A stretch of 64,000 bases of DNA. It comes from Verrucomicrobiia bacterium. GTDB taxonomy: Bacteria; Verrucomicrobiota; Verrucomicrobiia; Chthoniobacterales; UBA6821. Shown in pieces: positions 30,523 through 39,919 of the stretch. The notes under the pieces were generated by a model. That model saw only the letters and a program-made list of their open reading frames with translations, made no database searches and was not told where the DNA came from. The stretch spans positions 11,434 to 75,433 of the forward strand of contig JBEIJN010000006.1 in the NCBI GenBank assembly GCA_040380225.1. Reading direction: 5' to 3'. Numbering within the stretch: position 1 is the stretch's first letter; every line of letters begins with the position of its first letter. The position numbers and the translations under genes are program-made.

Positions 30523-31329
30523 ATGAAGAAGCGTCCCGTCGTCCTCAAGTTCGGCACAGGCATCCTCGCCCGCGAGGGGGGCTGCTCGCTCGACGAATCA
30601 CAGTTCCGAAGACTCTGCGCCGAAATCGCGGGCCTTGTGGCCGCCGGCATTCCCTGCGTTGTCGTTTCCAGCGCCGCCGTCGCCGCGGGAGTCGATGCCC
30701 TGCGGCTCGCGAAGCGGCCTTCCGACCTTGCCGGCAAGCAGGCCTGTGCCGCCGTCGGCCAACCCGCCCTCATGAACGCCTACGCGCGGCATCTCGCGCG
30801 CCACGGGCTTCGTCCGGCCCAGTTGCTCCTTACCCATGACGACATCTTCGATGCGGGCCGCCGTCGCAATGCCAGCATCACCCTCTCCAAGCTACTCTCC
30901 TCACCAGGTGTCGTCCCGATCATCAACGAGAATGATTCGGTCGCCGTGGAGGAACTCCGCTTCGGAGACAACGACCGTCTCTCCGCCGAGGTCGCCCAGT
31001 TGGTGAAGGCCCGGCTCCTCATCCTGCTCACCAGTGCCGACGGGTTGCTTGGCCGCAGCAACCCCTCCGCCCGCGCCCTCCGCATCCCGCTCGTCACCGA
31101 CATCGGTGAGGCATTCCGTCATGTGACACCCGACAAGGGGGAGCATTCCACAGGCGGCATGAAGGCTAAGCTCACCGCCGTCCGGACGGCCGTGGAGGCC
31201 GGGGTCGAGACCGTCATCGCCCATGGTCGCCTCAAGGGCATGATCGCGGGGGCCGTTGCGGGTGACGATGTCGGGACGCGCTTCCCCATCGTGAAGCGCA
31301 GGGCCGCCGCCCCACGCCGCAAACGATGA
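30523..31329 (+). CDS. proB: Glutamate 5-kinase (no PUA domain)
   Basis: VLKFGT, KQACAAVGQ, INENDSV, FGDNDRLSA, TGGMKAK. Confidence 0.93.
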   Translation: MKKRPVVLKFGTGILAREGGCSLDESQFRRLCAEIAGLVAAGIPCVVVSSAAVAAGVDALRLAKRPSDLAGKQACAAVGQPALMNAYARHLARHGLRPAQLLLTHDDIFDAGRRRNASITLSKLLSSPGVVPIINENDSVAVEELRFGDNDRLSAEVAQLVKARLLILLTSADGLLGRSNPSARALRIPLVTDIGEAFRHVTPDKGEHSTGGMKAKLTAVRTAVEAGVETVIAHGRLKGMIAGAVAGDDVGTRFPIVKRRAAAPRRKR

Positions 31330-32192
31330 CCGCCGCTCCCGCCCGCATCATCGCCATCGGACGGAATACCTTCACCGAGCTGGTGAGGCAGAAGGTCTTC
31401 TATTTCCTTCTTCTCTTCGCGCTCATCGTCATCGGCAACTCCGCCTTCCTTGCCAAGTTCTCGTTCCAGGAGGAGTTTCAGATGCTCAAGGATGTTGCGC
31501 TCGGCGCGATGTCCGTCTTCCTGAGCCTGCTTGCGATCCTGGCCACGGCAATGCTCCTGCCGCGTGATCTCGAGGACCGCACCATCTTCACGATTCTCTC
31601 CAAGCCGGTTCCCCGCCACGAATATCTCCTGGGCAAACTGCTCGGCGTCGTCATCCTCCTCGCCCTCTCCACGATCGTCATGGGGGCGCTGTTCCTCGGT
31701 GTGCTTTTCCTGAGGGAACAGGCCGCGCTGATGGAGACTCAGCGATCCCTGTCGGGTTCGCCGCAGGAGCTGGCCACGGCCCTCGACGCAGTCAGGAAGG
31801 GAGCTTTCAGTTGGGATCTCATCCCGGCGATGGCGATCCTGCTGGTGAAGGCAATCCTGCTCTCCTCGCTGACACTGCTCATCTCCACCTTCGCCACCTC
31901 GGGCATCTTTGCGATCCTAGTCGCCACCTCCGCCTACTTCATCGGGCACCTGCAGGTCACCGCCCGCGAGTACTGGATGAGCGGAGTCGGGATCCACTGG
32001 TGGACCCGGATCTTCACGGCGCTGGTGGCCCTGATTTTCCCGGATCTTCAGGCCTTCAACCTCACCGATGACATCGTGGCGGGAACCGTACTGCCGATGA
32101 GTCTCTTCTGGCAGACCATGGCGCTTGGCGGCGTCTACACGGCCGTCTACTTTGCCGTCGCCTGCTTCCTTTTCCAGAACAGGGAGCTCTGA
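31326..32192 (+). CDS. ABC-2 type permease-like membrane protein
   Basis: NTFTELVRQKVF, DLEDRTIFTILSKPV.R.EYLLGK, FQNREL. Confidence 0.8.
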   Translation: MTAAPARIIAIGRNTFTELVRQKVFYFLLLFALIVIGNSAFLAKFSFQEEFQMLKDVALGAMSVFLSLLAILATAMLLPRDLEDRTIFTILSKPVPRHEYLLGKLLGVVILLALSTIVMGALFLGVLFLREQAALMETQRSLSGSPQELATALDAVRKGAFSWDLIPAMAILLVKAILLSSLTLLISTFATSGIFAILVATSAYFIGHLQVTAREYWMSGVGIHWWTRIFTALVALIFPDLQAFNLTDDIVAGTVLPMSLFWQTMALGGVYTAVYFAVACFLFQNREL

Positions 32193-32197
32193 TCACC

Positions 32198-33028
32198 ATG
32201 ACCGGCGCGATGAACCCGTTCCGCAGTCTGGCGGCCATCCTGATGCTTGCGGTCGCAGGGGCGCTCCTCCTCCCTTGGCAGATGGAACTGCAGCGCCTCT
32301 CCAAGGAGGCCCGATTCCGCACGACGCCGATCGACCTCTCGCTTCGGGAGCAGGTTGGCCAGTCGGGATTCCTCGCGGCCCTGAGCGGGTTCCGATCGCC
32401 GCTTGCGGCCTTCCTCTGGATCGAGGCACACACCGCTTGGGAGAAGACCGAGTGGGGGCGCATGACCCGGCTCTTCAACACCGTCACGACACTCCAGCCA
32501 CATTCACTCCTCTACTGGGACATCGCGGCTTGGCACATGGCATGGAATGCCTCCGCCTCCGCCCTTCAGGACACCAAGCAGCAGAGCGAAGTGCTCCGCG
32601 AGCGGGCGCGCCGCCAATACATCGACCTCGGACGCGACTTCCTGGAGCGAGGCATCCGCAACAATCCCGGCAGCTACCTCCTTCAGGAGAGGCTTGGGAT
32701 CCTCCTCCGCGACAAGGTCGAGGATCATTCGGGAGCGGCCGATGCCTTTGCTAAGGCAGCCTCCTTCCCGGACTCACCCGCCTACTTGAAGCGCTTCGCA
32801 GCGTATGAGGCGGCCAAGGTGCCTGGTCGTGAACGGGAGGCGTATGACCGCCTGCTCGTCCTCCACAACGAGGGCGGCAGGATGCGCGCGCCGAACCTGC
32901 TCACCATCCTGCGGAAACTGGAGGAACAGTTGAAGATCCCCGCCGCCCAGCGGATTAAGGAACCGTCTCCCGCTGCATCCCCCTCATCCCCCGCTCACCC
33001 GTCACCCTCCCCCCATCCCCAAAGCTGA
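32198..33028 (+). CDS. Hypothetical membrane-anchored TPR-like protein
   Basis: N-terminal TM; LSGFRS, LQP, AWHMAWN, FLERGIRNNP helical motifs. Confidence 0.6.
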   Translation: MTGAMNPFRSLAAILMLAVAGALLLPWQMELQRLSKEARFRTTPIDLSLREQVGQSGFLAALSGFRSPLAAFLWIEAHTAWEKTEWGRMTRLFNTVTTLQPHSLLYWDIAAWHMAWNASASALQDTKQQSEVLRERARRQYIDLGRDFLERGIRNNPGSYLLQERLGILLRDKVEDHSGAADAFAKAASFPDSPAYLKRFAAYEAAKVPGREREAYDRLLVLHNEGGRMRAPNLLTILRKLEEQLKIPAAQRIKEPSPAASPSSPAHPSPSPHPQS

Positions 33029-33759
33029 TGCGCTGCGCGATCCTGGGAGATATCCATGCCAATCTGCAGGCGCTTGAGGCCGTTCTAGCCGACGCGCGCG
33101 AGTATGGCTGCGGGGAGTTTTACACGCTGGGTGACGTGGTGGGTTACAATGCGAATCCTGCCGAATGCCTCGAGATCGTACGGGCATTGCCGGGGGCATG
33201 CATCCTAGGAAACCATGACCAGGCTGCCGCTGATGAGCGTCCGCTCGGCGATTTCAGTCCCGAGGCCGCCGCGTCGATCGAGTGGACCCGGCGGCAGTTG
33301 AATCCGGAGCAGAAGAGCTGGCTTGCCTCGCTCCGCGTCCAGCGCCAGATCCGCCGCATCACTCTTGTCCATGCCACGCTCGATTCGCCGCTCTCCTGGG
33401 GATACATCCGCACCGCGGAGGACGCCGCGATGAGCCTGGCCTGTCAGAGCACGCCGGTCTGCTTCATCGGACACACCCATGTGCCCAAGGCCTTCGCGAA
33501 GGGAAGCGGCGAGGTCCTACTCTTCGGGAACGAGGGGGAGGGGGTCCAGCTCCCCATGGATCGGAAGCTTCTGATCAATGCGGGCTCCGTGGGGCAACCG
33601 CGCGACGGCGATCCCAGGGCCGCCTACATGATTTATGACGAGGAGAGCTCGGGGCTCTGGTTGCGCCGGGTGGAATACGACATCGGGGCCGCCGCCGCGG
33701 CGGTCCGTGCCGCCCGTCTCCCCGAGAAACTCGCCGAACGACTGCACACAGGATCATGA
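33028..33759 (+). CDS. Metallophosphoesterase family protein
   Basis: DIHAN, GDVVGY, GNHD, GHTH, NAGSVGQPRDGD. Confidence 0.92.
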   Translation: MRCAILGDIHANLQALEAVLADAREYGCGEFYTLGDVVGYNANPAECLEIVRALPGACILGNHDQAAADERPLGDFSPEAAASIEWTRRQLNPEQKSWLASLRVQRQIRRITLVHATLDSPLSWGYIRTAEDAAMSLACQSTPVCFIGHTHVPKAFAKGSGEVLLFGNEGEGVQLPMDRKLLINAGSVGQPRDGDPRAAYMIYDEESSGLWLRRVEYDIGAAAAAVRAARLPEKLAERLHTGS

Positions 33760-34754
33760 ACTCTCGCGCGTCCCGTCCGAAACGCATCCTTCTGGTGAAG
33801 CCGAGTTCGCTTGGCGATGTCATCCATGCGATCCCCGTGGTCTCCGTGATCCACGCTCACTGGCCCGACGCGGAGTTACTCTGGCTCATCCAGCCCGCAT
33901 GGCGCACGCTTGTCGAGGGGCACCCCGGCGTCTCGGAGACGGTTCTCTTCCCCCGTGACAAGTTCCGGGGAGTGGCCGGATGGCTCCGTTCGGTGGCCTG
34001 GCTCGGAACCCTCCGTGACTGGAAGCCCGACCTGGCGATCGACCTCCAGGGACTGCTCCGCAGTGCCCTCTTTGCAAGGATCTCCGGAGCAGACCGCGTC
34101 GTGGGACTCTCCGATGCACGCGAGGGGGCGCGCCTGCTGCATGGCGGAAGAGTGCCTGTCTCCGGCAATGACCATGCGGTGTCACGCTATCTCGCGGTGC
34201 TCGATCATCTCGGGATCCCGAAGCCGGAGCGACCGGAATTCATCCTGCCCGCGGGGAGGATACCCGCCGGATTCCGCGCGACCGATCCCTATCTCGTTAT
34301 CCATCCCTTTGCTAGGGGAGGAGGGAAGAGTCTCGATGCCGGACTGGTGAGAGCCTTTGCCCTCGGTGCCTCCAGCTTTCGGGTCGTGGTGGTCGGGCGT
34401 GGGGATTTGCCTGATGACCTTCCCTCCAATGTGGAGAACTGGAGCAATAGGACCGATCTGTTGGAGTTGACCGCCATCCTGAGGGGTGCCTCGTTCATCG
34501 TCAGTTCCGATAGTGGTCCCATGCATCTGGCCGCGGCGCTTCACCCCTCCAGGACGCTTGCCATCCATCTGTGGAGCGACCCGCTCAAGGTCGGCCCCTG
34601 CTTTCCCGAGTCGCTTGTCTGGAAGAACGGACGGGTCTCCCGCGTCTCCGATCTCGACGAGTCATGCCGTGGCGAGGGAAGACCCCCGACCGAAGCCGAA
34701 ATGGAAACCCTCGGCCGCATGGCGGCGGGGGAAAGTATGAAATCAGAAGGATGA
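33756..34754 (+). CDS. Glycosyltransferase family 9 (LPS heptosyltransferase-like)
   Basis: KPSSLGDVIH, DLQGLLRS, DSGPMHLAAA. Confidence 0.9.
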   Translation: MNSRASRPKRILLVKPSSLGDVIHAIPVVSVIHAHWPDAELLWLIQPAWRTLVEGHPGVSETVLFPRDKFRGVAGWLRSVAWLGTLRDWKPDLAIDLQGLLRSALFARISGADRVVGLSDAREGARLLHGGRVPVSGNDHAVSRYLAVLDHLGIPKPERPEFILPAGRIPAGFRATDPYLVIHPFARGGGKSLDAGLVRAFALGASSFRVVVVGRGDLPDDLPSNVENWSNRTDLLELTAILRGASFIVSSDSGPMHLAAALHPSRTLAIHLWSDPLKVGPCFPESLVWKNGRVSRVSDLDESCRGEGRPPTEAEMETLGRMAAGESMKSEG

Positions 34755-34822
34755 AAGCTGAAATGAGCCGATTCCATTAGGTCGGTTATCCTTCATACTT
34801 CATTCCTCATCCTTCATAATTT
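34732..34822. repeat. Inverted 7-mer arms (ATGAAGG/CCTTCAT type)
   Basis: AAAGTATGAAATCAGAAGGATGAAAGCTGAA ... TTATCCTTCATACTTCATTCCTCATCCTTCATAATTT; the left arm overlaps the GT9 stop. Confidence 0.65.
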
Positions 34823-34829
34823 TTCTTTC

Positions 34830-36020
34830 ATGTCTTTTTCCACACAGATCGATTCGGTTCTCTCGTCGCCGCCGCACGAGCTTGCCGCCTTCCGGCGTCT
34901 GCTCGAACCGCTCGGCGATGCCGCGCTTGAGGAACTGGCCCGCCGGTCCGTCGCGCTGACGCGCAGGCATTTTGGAAGGACGATGCGGATGTTCGCCCCG
35001 CTCTACCTCTCCAACGAGTGCGTGAACAACTGCTCCTATTGCGGATTCTCCCGCGACAACGCCATCCTGCGCGTCACTCTCGAGATCGAGCAGGTCGCGG
35101 CCGAGGCGCGCCATCTTGCGGCGGAGGGATTCCGCAACATTCTCCTGGTTGCCGGGGAGCATCCCAAGTTTGTCTCCGGAGGCTATCTCCGCCAGTGCAT
35201 CGAGCGACTGCGCCGTGAGATTCCCAGTATCTCGCTGGAAGTGGCCCCGATGGAGACCGAGGAGTACATCCCGATGGTCGATGCCGGAGCCGAGGGTTTG
35301 GTGGTCTATCAGGAGACCTACGACAGGGAAGCCTATCGGGAGTTCCACACGGCGGGCCCCAAGAAGGATTACGACTGGCGTCTCGATGCGGCGGAGCGCG
35401 CCCATGCCGCAGGATTCCGTAGGCTCGGTATCGGTGTTCTCTTCGGTCTCTCTGAATGGCGTCGCGAAGCGACTGCCTTGGCAGCACACCTGTTCCATCT
35501 TCAGCGAGCCTGCTGGACCTCCCAGATCACGGTCAGTCTCCCGAGGCTCCGTCCCGCTGCGGGTTCCTTCGAGCCGAGGTTTCCGTTCGAAGATCGCGAT
35601 CTCACCCAACTTCTCTGCGCGCTACGCGTCACCTTTCCTCATGTGGGGATTGTCCTGAGCACCCGCGAACCGGCGCCTCTCCGCGATGCGTTGGCTCCGC
35701 TCGGTGTCACGATGATGAGCGCTGGAAGCCACACCGAACCCGGTGGATACACCGGCCAGGGGGCCGATCAGATCCAACGGACGGCGAGAGGGAGGAAGGT
35801 CGAGGGGCCTATCCCCGCCAGTGCCTGTGGATCGACCCAGGCGACCGAGCAGTTCTCGATTAGCGACGACCGCTCCCCCGGCGAAGTGGCGGTGATGCTG
35901 CGCTCCAAGGGGCTCGAACCGGTCTGGAAAGACTGGGACGCAGCGATCCTAAGAAATGATGAAGGAAAAATGAAAAATGAAAAAACAGGGACTTCAATTG
36001 CAGTGCCGATACCTGCCTGA
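34830..36020 (+). CDS. thiH: 2-iminoacetate synthase ThiH (radical SAM)
   Basis: FAPLYLSNECVNNCSYCGFS, YQETY, SLPRLRP, LSTRE, EQFSISD.R, PVWKDWD. Confidence 0.93.
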   Translation: MSFSTQIDSVLSSPPHELAAFRRLLEPLGDAALEELARRSVALTRRHFGRTMRMFAPLYLSNECVNNCSYCGFSRDNAILRVTLEIEQVAAEARHLAAEGFRNILLVAGEHPKFVSGGYLRQCIERLRREIPSISLEVAPMETEEYIPMVDAGAEGLVVYQETYDREAYREFHTAGPKKDYDWRLDAAERAHAAGFRRLGIGVLFGLSEWRREATALAAHLFHLQRACWTSQITVSLPRLRPAAGSFEPRFPFEDRDLTQLLCALRVTFPHVGIVLSTREPAPLRDALAPLGVTMMSAGSHTEPGGYTGQGADQIQRTARGRKVEGPIPASACGSTQATEQFSISDDRSPGEVAVMLRSKGLEPVWKDWDAAILRNDEGKMKNEKTGTSIAVPIPA

Positions 36021-36060
36021 TTTCCCCCCCTCTTCATTTTTCATTCTACATTTTGCCTTT
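35954..36060. repeat. Inverted 7-mer arms (AATGAAA/TTTCATT type)
   Basis: AATGATGAAGGAAAAATGAAAAATGAAAAA ... TTCATTTTTCATTCTACATTTTGCCTTT; the left arm is inside the thiH 3' end. Confidence 0.6.
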
Positions 36061-36067
36061 CTGCCCC

Positions 36068-36268
36068 ATGCCCCTTCTCACGATCAACGGTGAATCCAAA
36101 GAGGTCGTAGCCACGTCGCTCGAGGGGCTTCTTGCCGAACTCTCCCTTCCCGCTCCCCTCATGCTCGTCGAGCACAACGGGAAGGCCCTGCTCCGCTCTG
36201 AATGGACTTCCGTCCGTCTCTCCGAGGGTGACCGCCTCGAGTTGATGCAGGTCTCGGCGGGAGGATAA
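36068..36268 (+). CDS. thiS: Sulfur carrier protein ThiS
   Basis: 66 aa, INGE, VEHNG, GDRLE, C-terminal GG. Confidence 0.92.
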   Translation: MPLLTINGESKEVVATSLEGLLAELSLPAPLMLVEHNGKALLRSEWTSVRLSEGDRLELMQVSAGG

Positions 36269-36272
36269 GAGA

Positions 36273-36350
36273 AAAGTATGCATGATGAAGTATGAGGGAT
36301 GAAAAAGCGGAACAGATCCTTTCATAATTCATAATTCAACATTCATATTT
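36273..36350. repeat. Inverted 7-mer arms (TATGAAG/TTCATAA type)
   Basis: AAAGTATGCATGATGAAGTATGAGGGATGAA ... TTCATAATTCATAATTCAACATTCATATTT. Confidence 0.65.
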
Positions 36351-36358
36351 CGATACCC

Positions 36359-38812
36359 ATGCCTTTGAAACCTGAACTTCTCGCCCCGGCCGGTGGATGG
36401 GATTGCCTGAAGGCGGCGGTTGCCAATGGCGCCGATGCGGTGTTCTTCGGTCTGCCCCGCTTCAATGCCCGACTGCGTGCCGATAATTTTACCGAGGAGG
36501 AGCTTCCCGAGGTCACCGCCTTCTGCCACCGCCACGGGGTGAAGGCCTACGTGACGCTCAATACCCTTGTCTTCACCGGTGAACTTGATGACGCCGCCGA
36601 GTATCTGCGCCTCCTGAACCGTTCGGGCGTCGATGCGCTGATCGTCCAGGACATCGGCCTGGTGCGTCTGGCGGCCGCGATTGTTCCGGAGCTTCCCATT
36701 CATGCATCGACCCAGATGACCCTCACCTCGCCGCAGGGTGTCGAGGTGGCCCGCGATCTCGGGATCACCCGCGCCGTTCTGGCCCGTGAACTCTCACTGA
36801 GGGAACTCAAGCGCTTCGACAAGGAGCGGATGCCGCTCGAGGTCTTTGTCCACGGTGCGCTCTGCGTCGCCTACTCCGGCCAGTGTCTCACCAGCGAGTC
36901 TCTCGGCCAGAGGAGTGCCAACCGCGGCGAATGCGCCCAGGCCTGCCGCATGCCGTACGAGCTCGTTGTCGACGGGGCGCTCCGCGATCTCGGTGACAAG
37001 CGCTACCTGCTCTCCCCTCAGGACCTCGCGGCGGTGAACGATATTCCGGACCTGATCGCCTCGGGCGTCGAAAGTTTCAAAATCGAGGGACGCCTGAAGT
37101 CCCCCGAGTATGTGGCCGCTGTCTGCCAGGTTTACAGGAAAGCCATCGACGCCGCCTTGGCCGGCCAACCCCGGGAAGCAAGTGACGACGATCGCTACCA
37201 GCTTGAGATGACCTTCTCACGGGGGCTCTACTCCGGCTGGATGCACGGGGTGAATCATCAGGAACTCGTACACGCCCGCTTCGGCAAGAAGCGGGGGGCC
37301 TTCCTTGGTACGATCGCGGGAGTGGGGCCGGACTTCATCGCCTTCGACCCGCAGGCTCCTCTCAAGCCCGGTGACGGCATCGTGTTTGACACCGGCGCCG
37401 ATACAGATCAGGAGCAGGGAGGCCGGATCTACGAGATCAGGGAGAACCGTCATTACTTCCGCCACGGTCATCTCGACACCAGTCGCCTGAAGGTGGGGGA
37501 CCGGATCTGGAAAACCCATGACCCCGACTTGAACAAGCGTCTCCGCCAGTCCTACGGAGGGCGGATCGAGGCCAGAAACGCCAAGCCCTTCGACGTGACC
37601 ATCTCCGGAAAGTCGGGCGAGCAGCTGGTGATGAAAACGGGTGAGATCATAGTCTCATCGCTGATCCCGCTGGAGACCGCGCTCAAGGCCCCTCTCACCG
37701 CGGAGAAAATACGCGCCCAGCTTGATAAGACCGCCGACTCCGGCCTCGCCCTCCGTGACATGACTCTCGAGATCGATGGAGATGTGATCCTGCCGATCAG
37801 CGAGATCAACCGGATGCGCCGTGAGTTGCTGGAGAAGCTCCTGGTTGCCTCCGAGCGGAAGCGTCCCGAGGAGTGGATCAATTGGAGAACCCTCTTCAAG
37901 CGAGGCAACGACGCGCTAACTACCCTTCCCGAGACTCCCACGGCTCCCTCCCTGCGCGTTCTTTGCCGCTCGATGGAGCAGATCGGTGCCGCGCTGGATG
38001 CCGGAGTCACGGAAGTCTATGCCGACTTCGAGGATATCCGCCGCTACAAGGAGGCCGTCGGTCTGGTGAGGGAGAAGGCGCGCTCCGCAGGAAGCCCGGT
38101 TGCTTCAGCCCGCATCCTGCTGGCCACACCACGCATCCAGAAGGCGACCGAGGAGGGGTTCTTCAAGCTCATCGAGAACGCGGAACCCGACGGAGTCCTC
38201 ATCCGCAACCTCGGCGCGATCTCCCACTTCGCCGGGAGCGGCCTCACGACGGTCGGTGATTTTTCGCTCAATGTCTCCAACCCGCTCTCGGCCCAGTTCT
38301 TCATGATGCAGGGATTGCAGCGGGTGACCGTCAGCTATGACCTGAACGTGTCCCAGGTGCTTGACCTGCTCGAAGCGGCTCCTCCCGAGTGGTTCGAGCT
38401 CACGCTTCATCAGCATATGCCGATGTTTCACATGGAGCACTGCGTTTTTGCGGCTTTCCTCTCCGAGGGGAAGGATCACACCGACTGCGGCCGTCCCTGC
38501 GAGGCCCATCGTGTTCATCTACGCGACCGTGTCGGGATGAAGCATCCCCTTCGTGCCGATGTCGGCTGCCGGAACACCCTCTTCAACGCCGTCGCCCAGA
38601 CAGGTGCGGGCTACTTCAAGGAACTCCGCGCCGCCGGACTCCGCAACTTCCGAGTCGAACTCTTGGAAGAGGATGCCGAACAGACCGGCAACATCCTCCG
38701 CGCCTACCAAGCACTCCTGAGTGGCAAGACTGAAGGTGCCGATCTGTGGCGCAGTCTACGTGCGAATGCGCAACTGGGCGTGACCAAAGGCACCCTCGAA
38801 GCGAGGGTTTGA
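36359..38812 (+). CDS. Peptidase U32 family protein, long form (RlhA-like RNA hydroxylase)
   Basis: PELLAPAG, HASTQ, HGALCVAYSGQC...NRGECAQACR, FKIEGR. Confidence 0.9.
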   Translation: MPLKPELLAPAGGWDCLKAAVANGADAVFFGLPRFNARLRADNFTEEELPEVTAFCHRHGVKAYVTLNTLVFTGELDDAAEYLRLLNRSGVDALIVQDIGLVRLAAAIVPELPIHASTQMTLTSPQGVEVARDLGITRAVLARELSLRELKRFDKERMPLEVFVHGALCVAYSGQCLTSESLGQRSANRGECAQACRMPYELVVDGALRDLGDKRYLLSPQDLAAVNDIPDLIASGVESFKIEGRLKSPEYVAAVCQVYRKAIDAALAGQPREASDDDRYQLEMTFSRGLYSGWMHGVNHQELVHARFGKKRGAFLGTIAGVGPDFIAFDPQAPLKPGDGIVFDTGADTDQEQGGRIYEIRENRHYFRHGHLDTSRLKVGDRIWKTHDPDLNKRLRQSYGGRIEARNAKPFDVTISGKSGEQLVMKTGEIIVSSLIPLETALKAPLTAEKIRAQLDKTADSGLALRDMTLEIDGDVILPISEINRMRRELLEKLLVASERKRPEEWINWRTLFKRGNDALTTLPETPTAPSLRVLCRSMEQIGAALDAGVTEVYADFEDIRRYKEAVGLVREKARSAGSPVASARILLATPRIQKATEEGFFKLIENAEPDGVLIRNLGAISHFAGSGLTTVGDFSLNVSNPLSAQFFMMQGLQRVTVSYDLNVSQVLDLLEAAPPEWFELTLHQHMPMFHMEHCVFAAFLSEGKDHTDCGRPCEAHRVHLRDRVGMKHPLRADVGCRNTLFNAVAQTGAGYFKELRAAGLRNFRVELLEEDAEQTGNILRAYQALLSGKTEGADLWRSLRANAQLGVTKGTLEARV

Positions 38813-38914
38813 ACGCCTTGGGATTTTGGCATCGGACGTTGTTGCTGCTTGCTCGCAGTAGTTCACTACAGCTTCGCTTGCGCGCCTAGTCCGGCATCCA
38901 AACTTCCAAGCCTT
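38812..38914. repeat. ~103 bp palindromic REP/MITE-like element, copy 2
   Basis: Homologous to 6503-6605 with compensatory substitutions in the stem. Confidence 0.75.
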
Positions 38915-38926
38915 AGCAGAAGAATT

Positions 38927-38985
38927 GATCTAATGTAATAGATCAGCGGCGACCGAAGGGCGTTCGCTGCATCGCTTGGTTAGGA
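38927..38985 (-). mobile_element. Degenerate attC-like site
   Basis: Minus strand TCCTAAC-CAAGCG-ATGCAGCG-AACGCCCTTCGGTCGC-CGCTGATCT-ATTAC-ATTAGAT; R'' overlaps the TAA stop, R' has A in place of the G of GTT. Confidence 0.6.
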
Positions 38986-39690
38986 GTTGAGGAAATTCTG
39001 AGTTGCATTGAGAAAACCAAGGATAAGTTGGTGCGGACTGCTAGCCGGCGATCGTAGTTGCGGAACAAAGAGCGTGCCGACAAAGAAGGGATGGCTGCGT
39101 AACTCGACAACTCGCACCTCGCCCTCGGCATCTGAGCCGACGATTGCAAGGTCACCGGAGGCCAGAGTGGCGCTGTGGTCAGGGTTGACGCCGAAGTTGC
39201 AGTAATACTGTTCAGTAACGGAGGTTGCGCCGTATGAGCGTGCTACCAAGCTACCCGGCTGCAATGTGATGACTAATGTCCGCCCGACCAAGGAACAAGT
39301 CAGCCGAGAAATAAAAAGGCTTGAAGCATAAGGGTCATACTCGGCGTGGGTTGCGTCCGAAAAGCCGAGAACATGGCGGGCATACTCCAGAATGATATGC
39401 TGAAAACCGCCGCAAGTGCCGAGTAACGGCAAGCCAGACTCGCGGGCGAACTTGATGGCGCGTAATGCACCGCTCATGCTCTTATAGGGACTGCCGGGAG
39501 CCACCCAAAGACCGCCAAAAGAAGCGAGCGACTGAATCGCACCCGGCGCGTCAAGTGAAGCAGTGGGAAGCCAGACAGTCTCGATGCCCAGCGACAAAGC
39601 AGAAGCAGCGTGGGTAAGAGCGGCATCCGTTGCGCGGTGCGGCTCGAAGCTGGCGTCATAATCGCCGATGATGCCGATTTGTGTCTTCAT
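38980..39690 (-). CDS. Stand-alone CTP-synthase C-terminal-like class I glutamine amidotransferase
   Basis: IIGDY, APGSPY, GTCGGFQH..LEYAR, HPFFVGTLF; codon usage unlike flanking genes. Confidence 0.85.
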   Translation of the reverse strand: MKTQIGIIGDYDASFEPHRATDAALTHAASALSLGIETVWLPTASLDAPGAIQSLASFGGLWVAPGSPYKSMSGALRAIKFARESGLPLLGTCGGFQHIILEYARHVLGFSDATHAEYDPYASSLFISRLTCSLVGRTLVITLQPGSLVARSYGATSVTEQYYCNFGVNPDHSATLASGDLAIVGSDAEGEVRVVELRSHPFFVGTLFVPQLRSPASSPHQLILGFLNATQNFLNS

Positions 39691-39919
39691 TTGGGAGAGC
39701 GCGCAGTAACACCCAACAGATACTAGGCTGCAAAATGGCCGTATTTGATAATGGGATCATGAGTGCAAAATTCTTTCTATCTTTCTGAAGGCGTGATGGT
39801 TTTCTCGATGGATGCTCACAAGAACAGTCCGAGAAAGACTGCGTTCAGAATCTTTCTGAGAAATCTTCGGTTCTTCCGTTTCCTGAGTTCCTGATTTCCA
39901 TATTAAAAACTTCCCCAGC

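Noticed and set aside
30523-31329. ProB lacking a PUA domain
   Set aside because: Short ProB forms are common and are not evidence of truncation.
39759-39900. Possible integrase remnant next to the putative attI
   Set aside because: Only short ORFs with no tyrosine recombinase motif.
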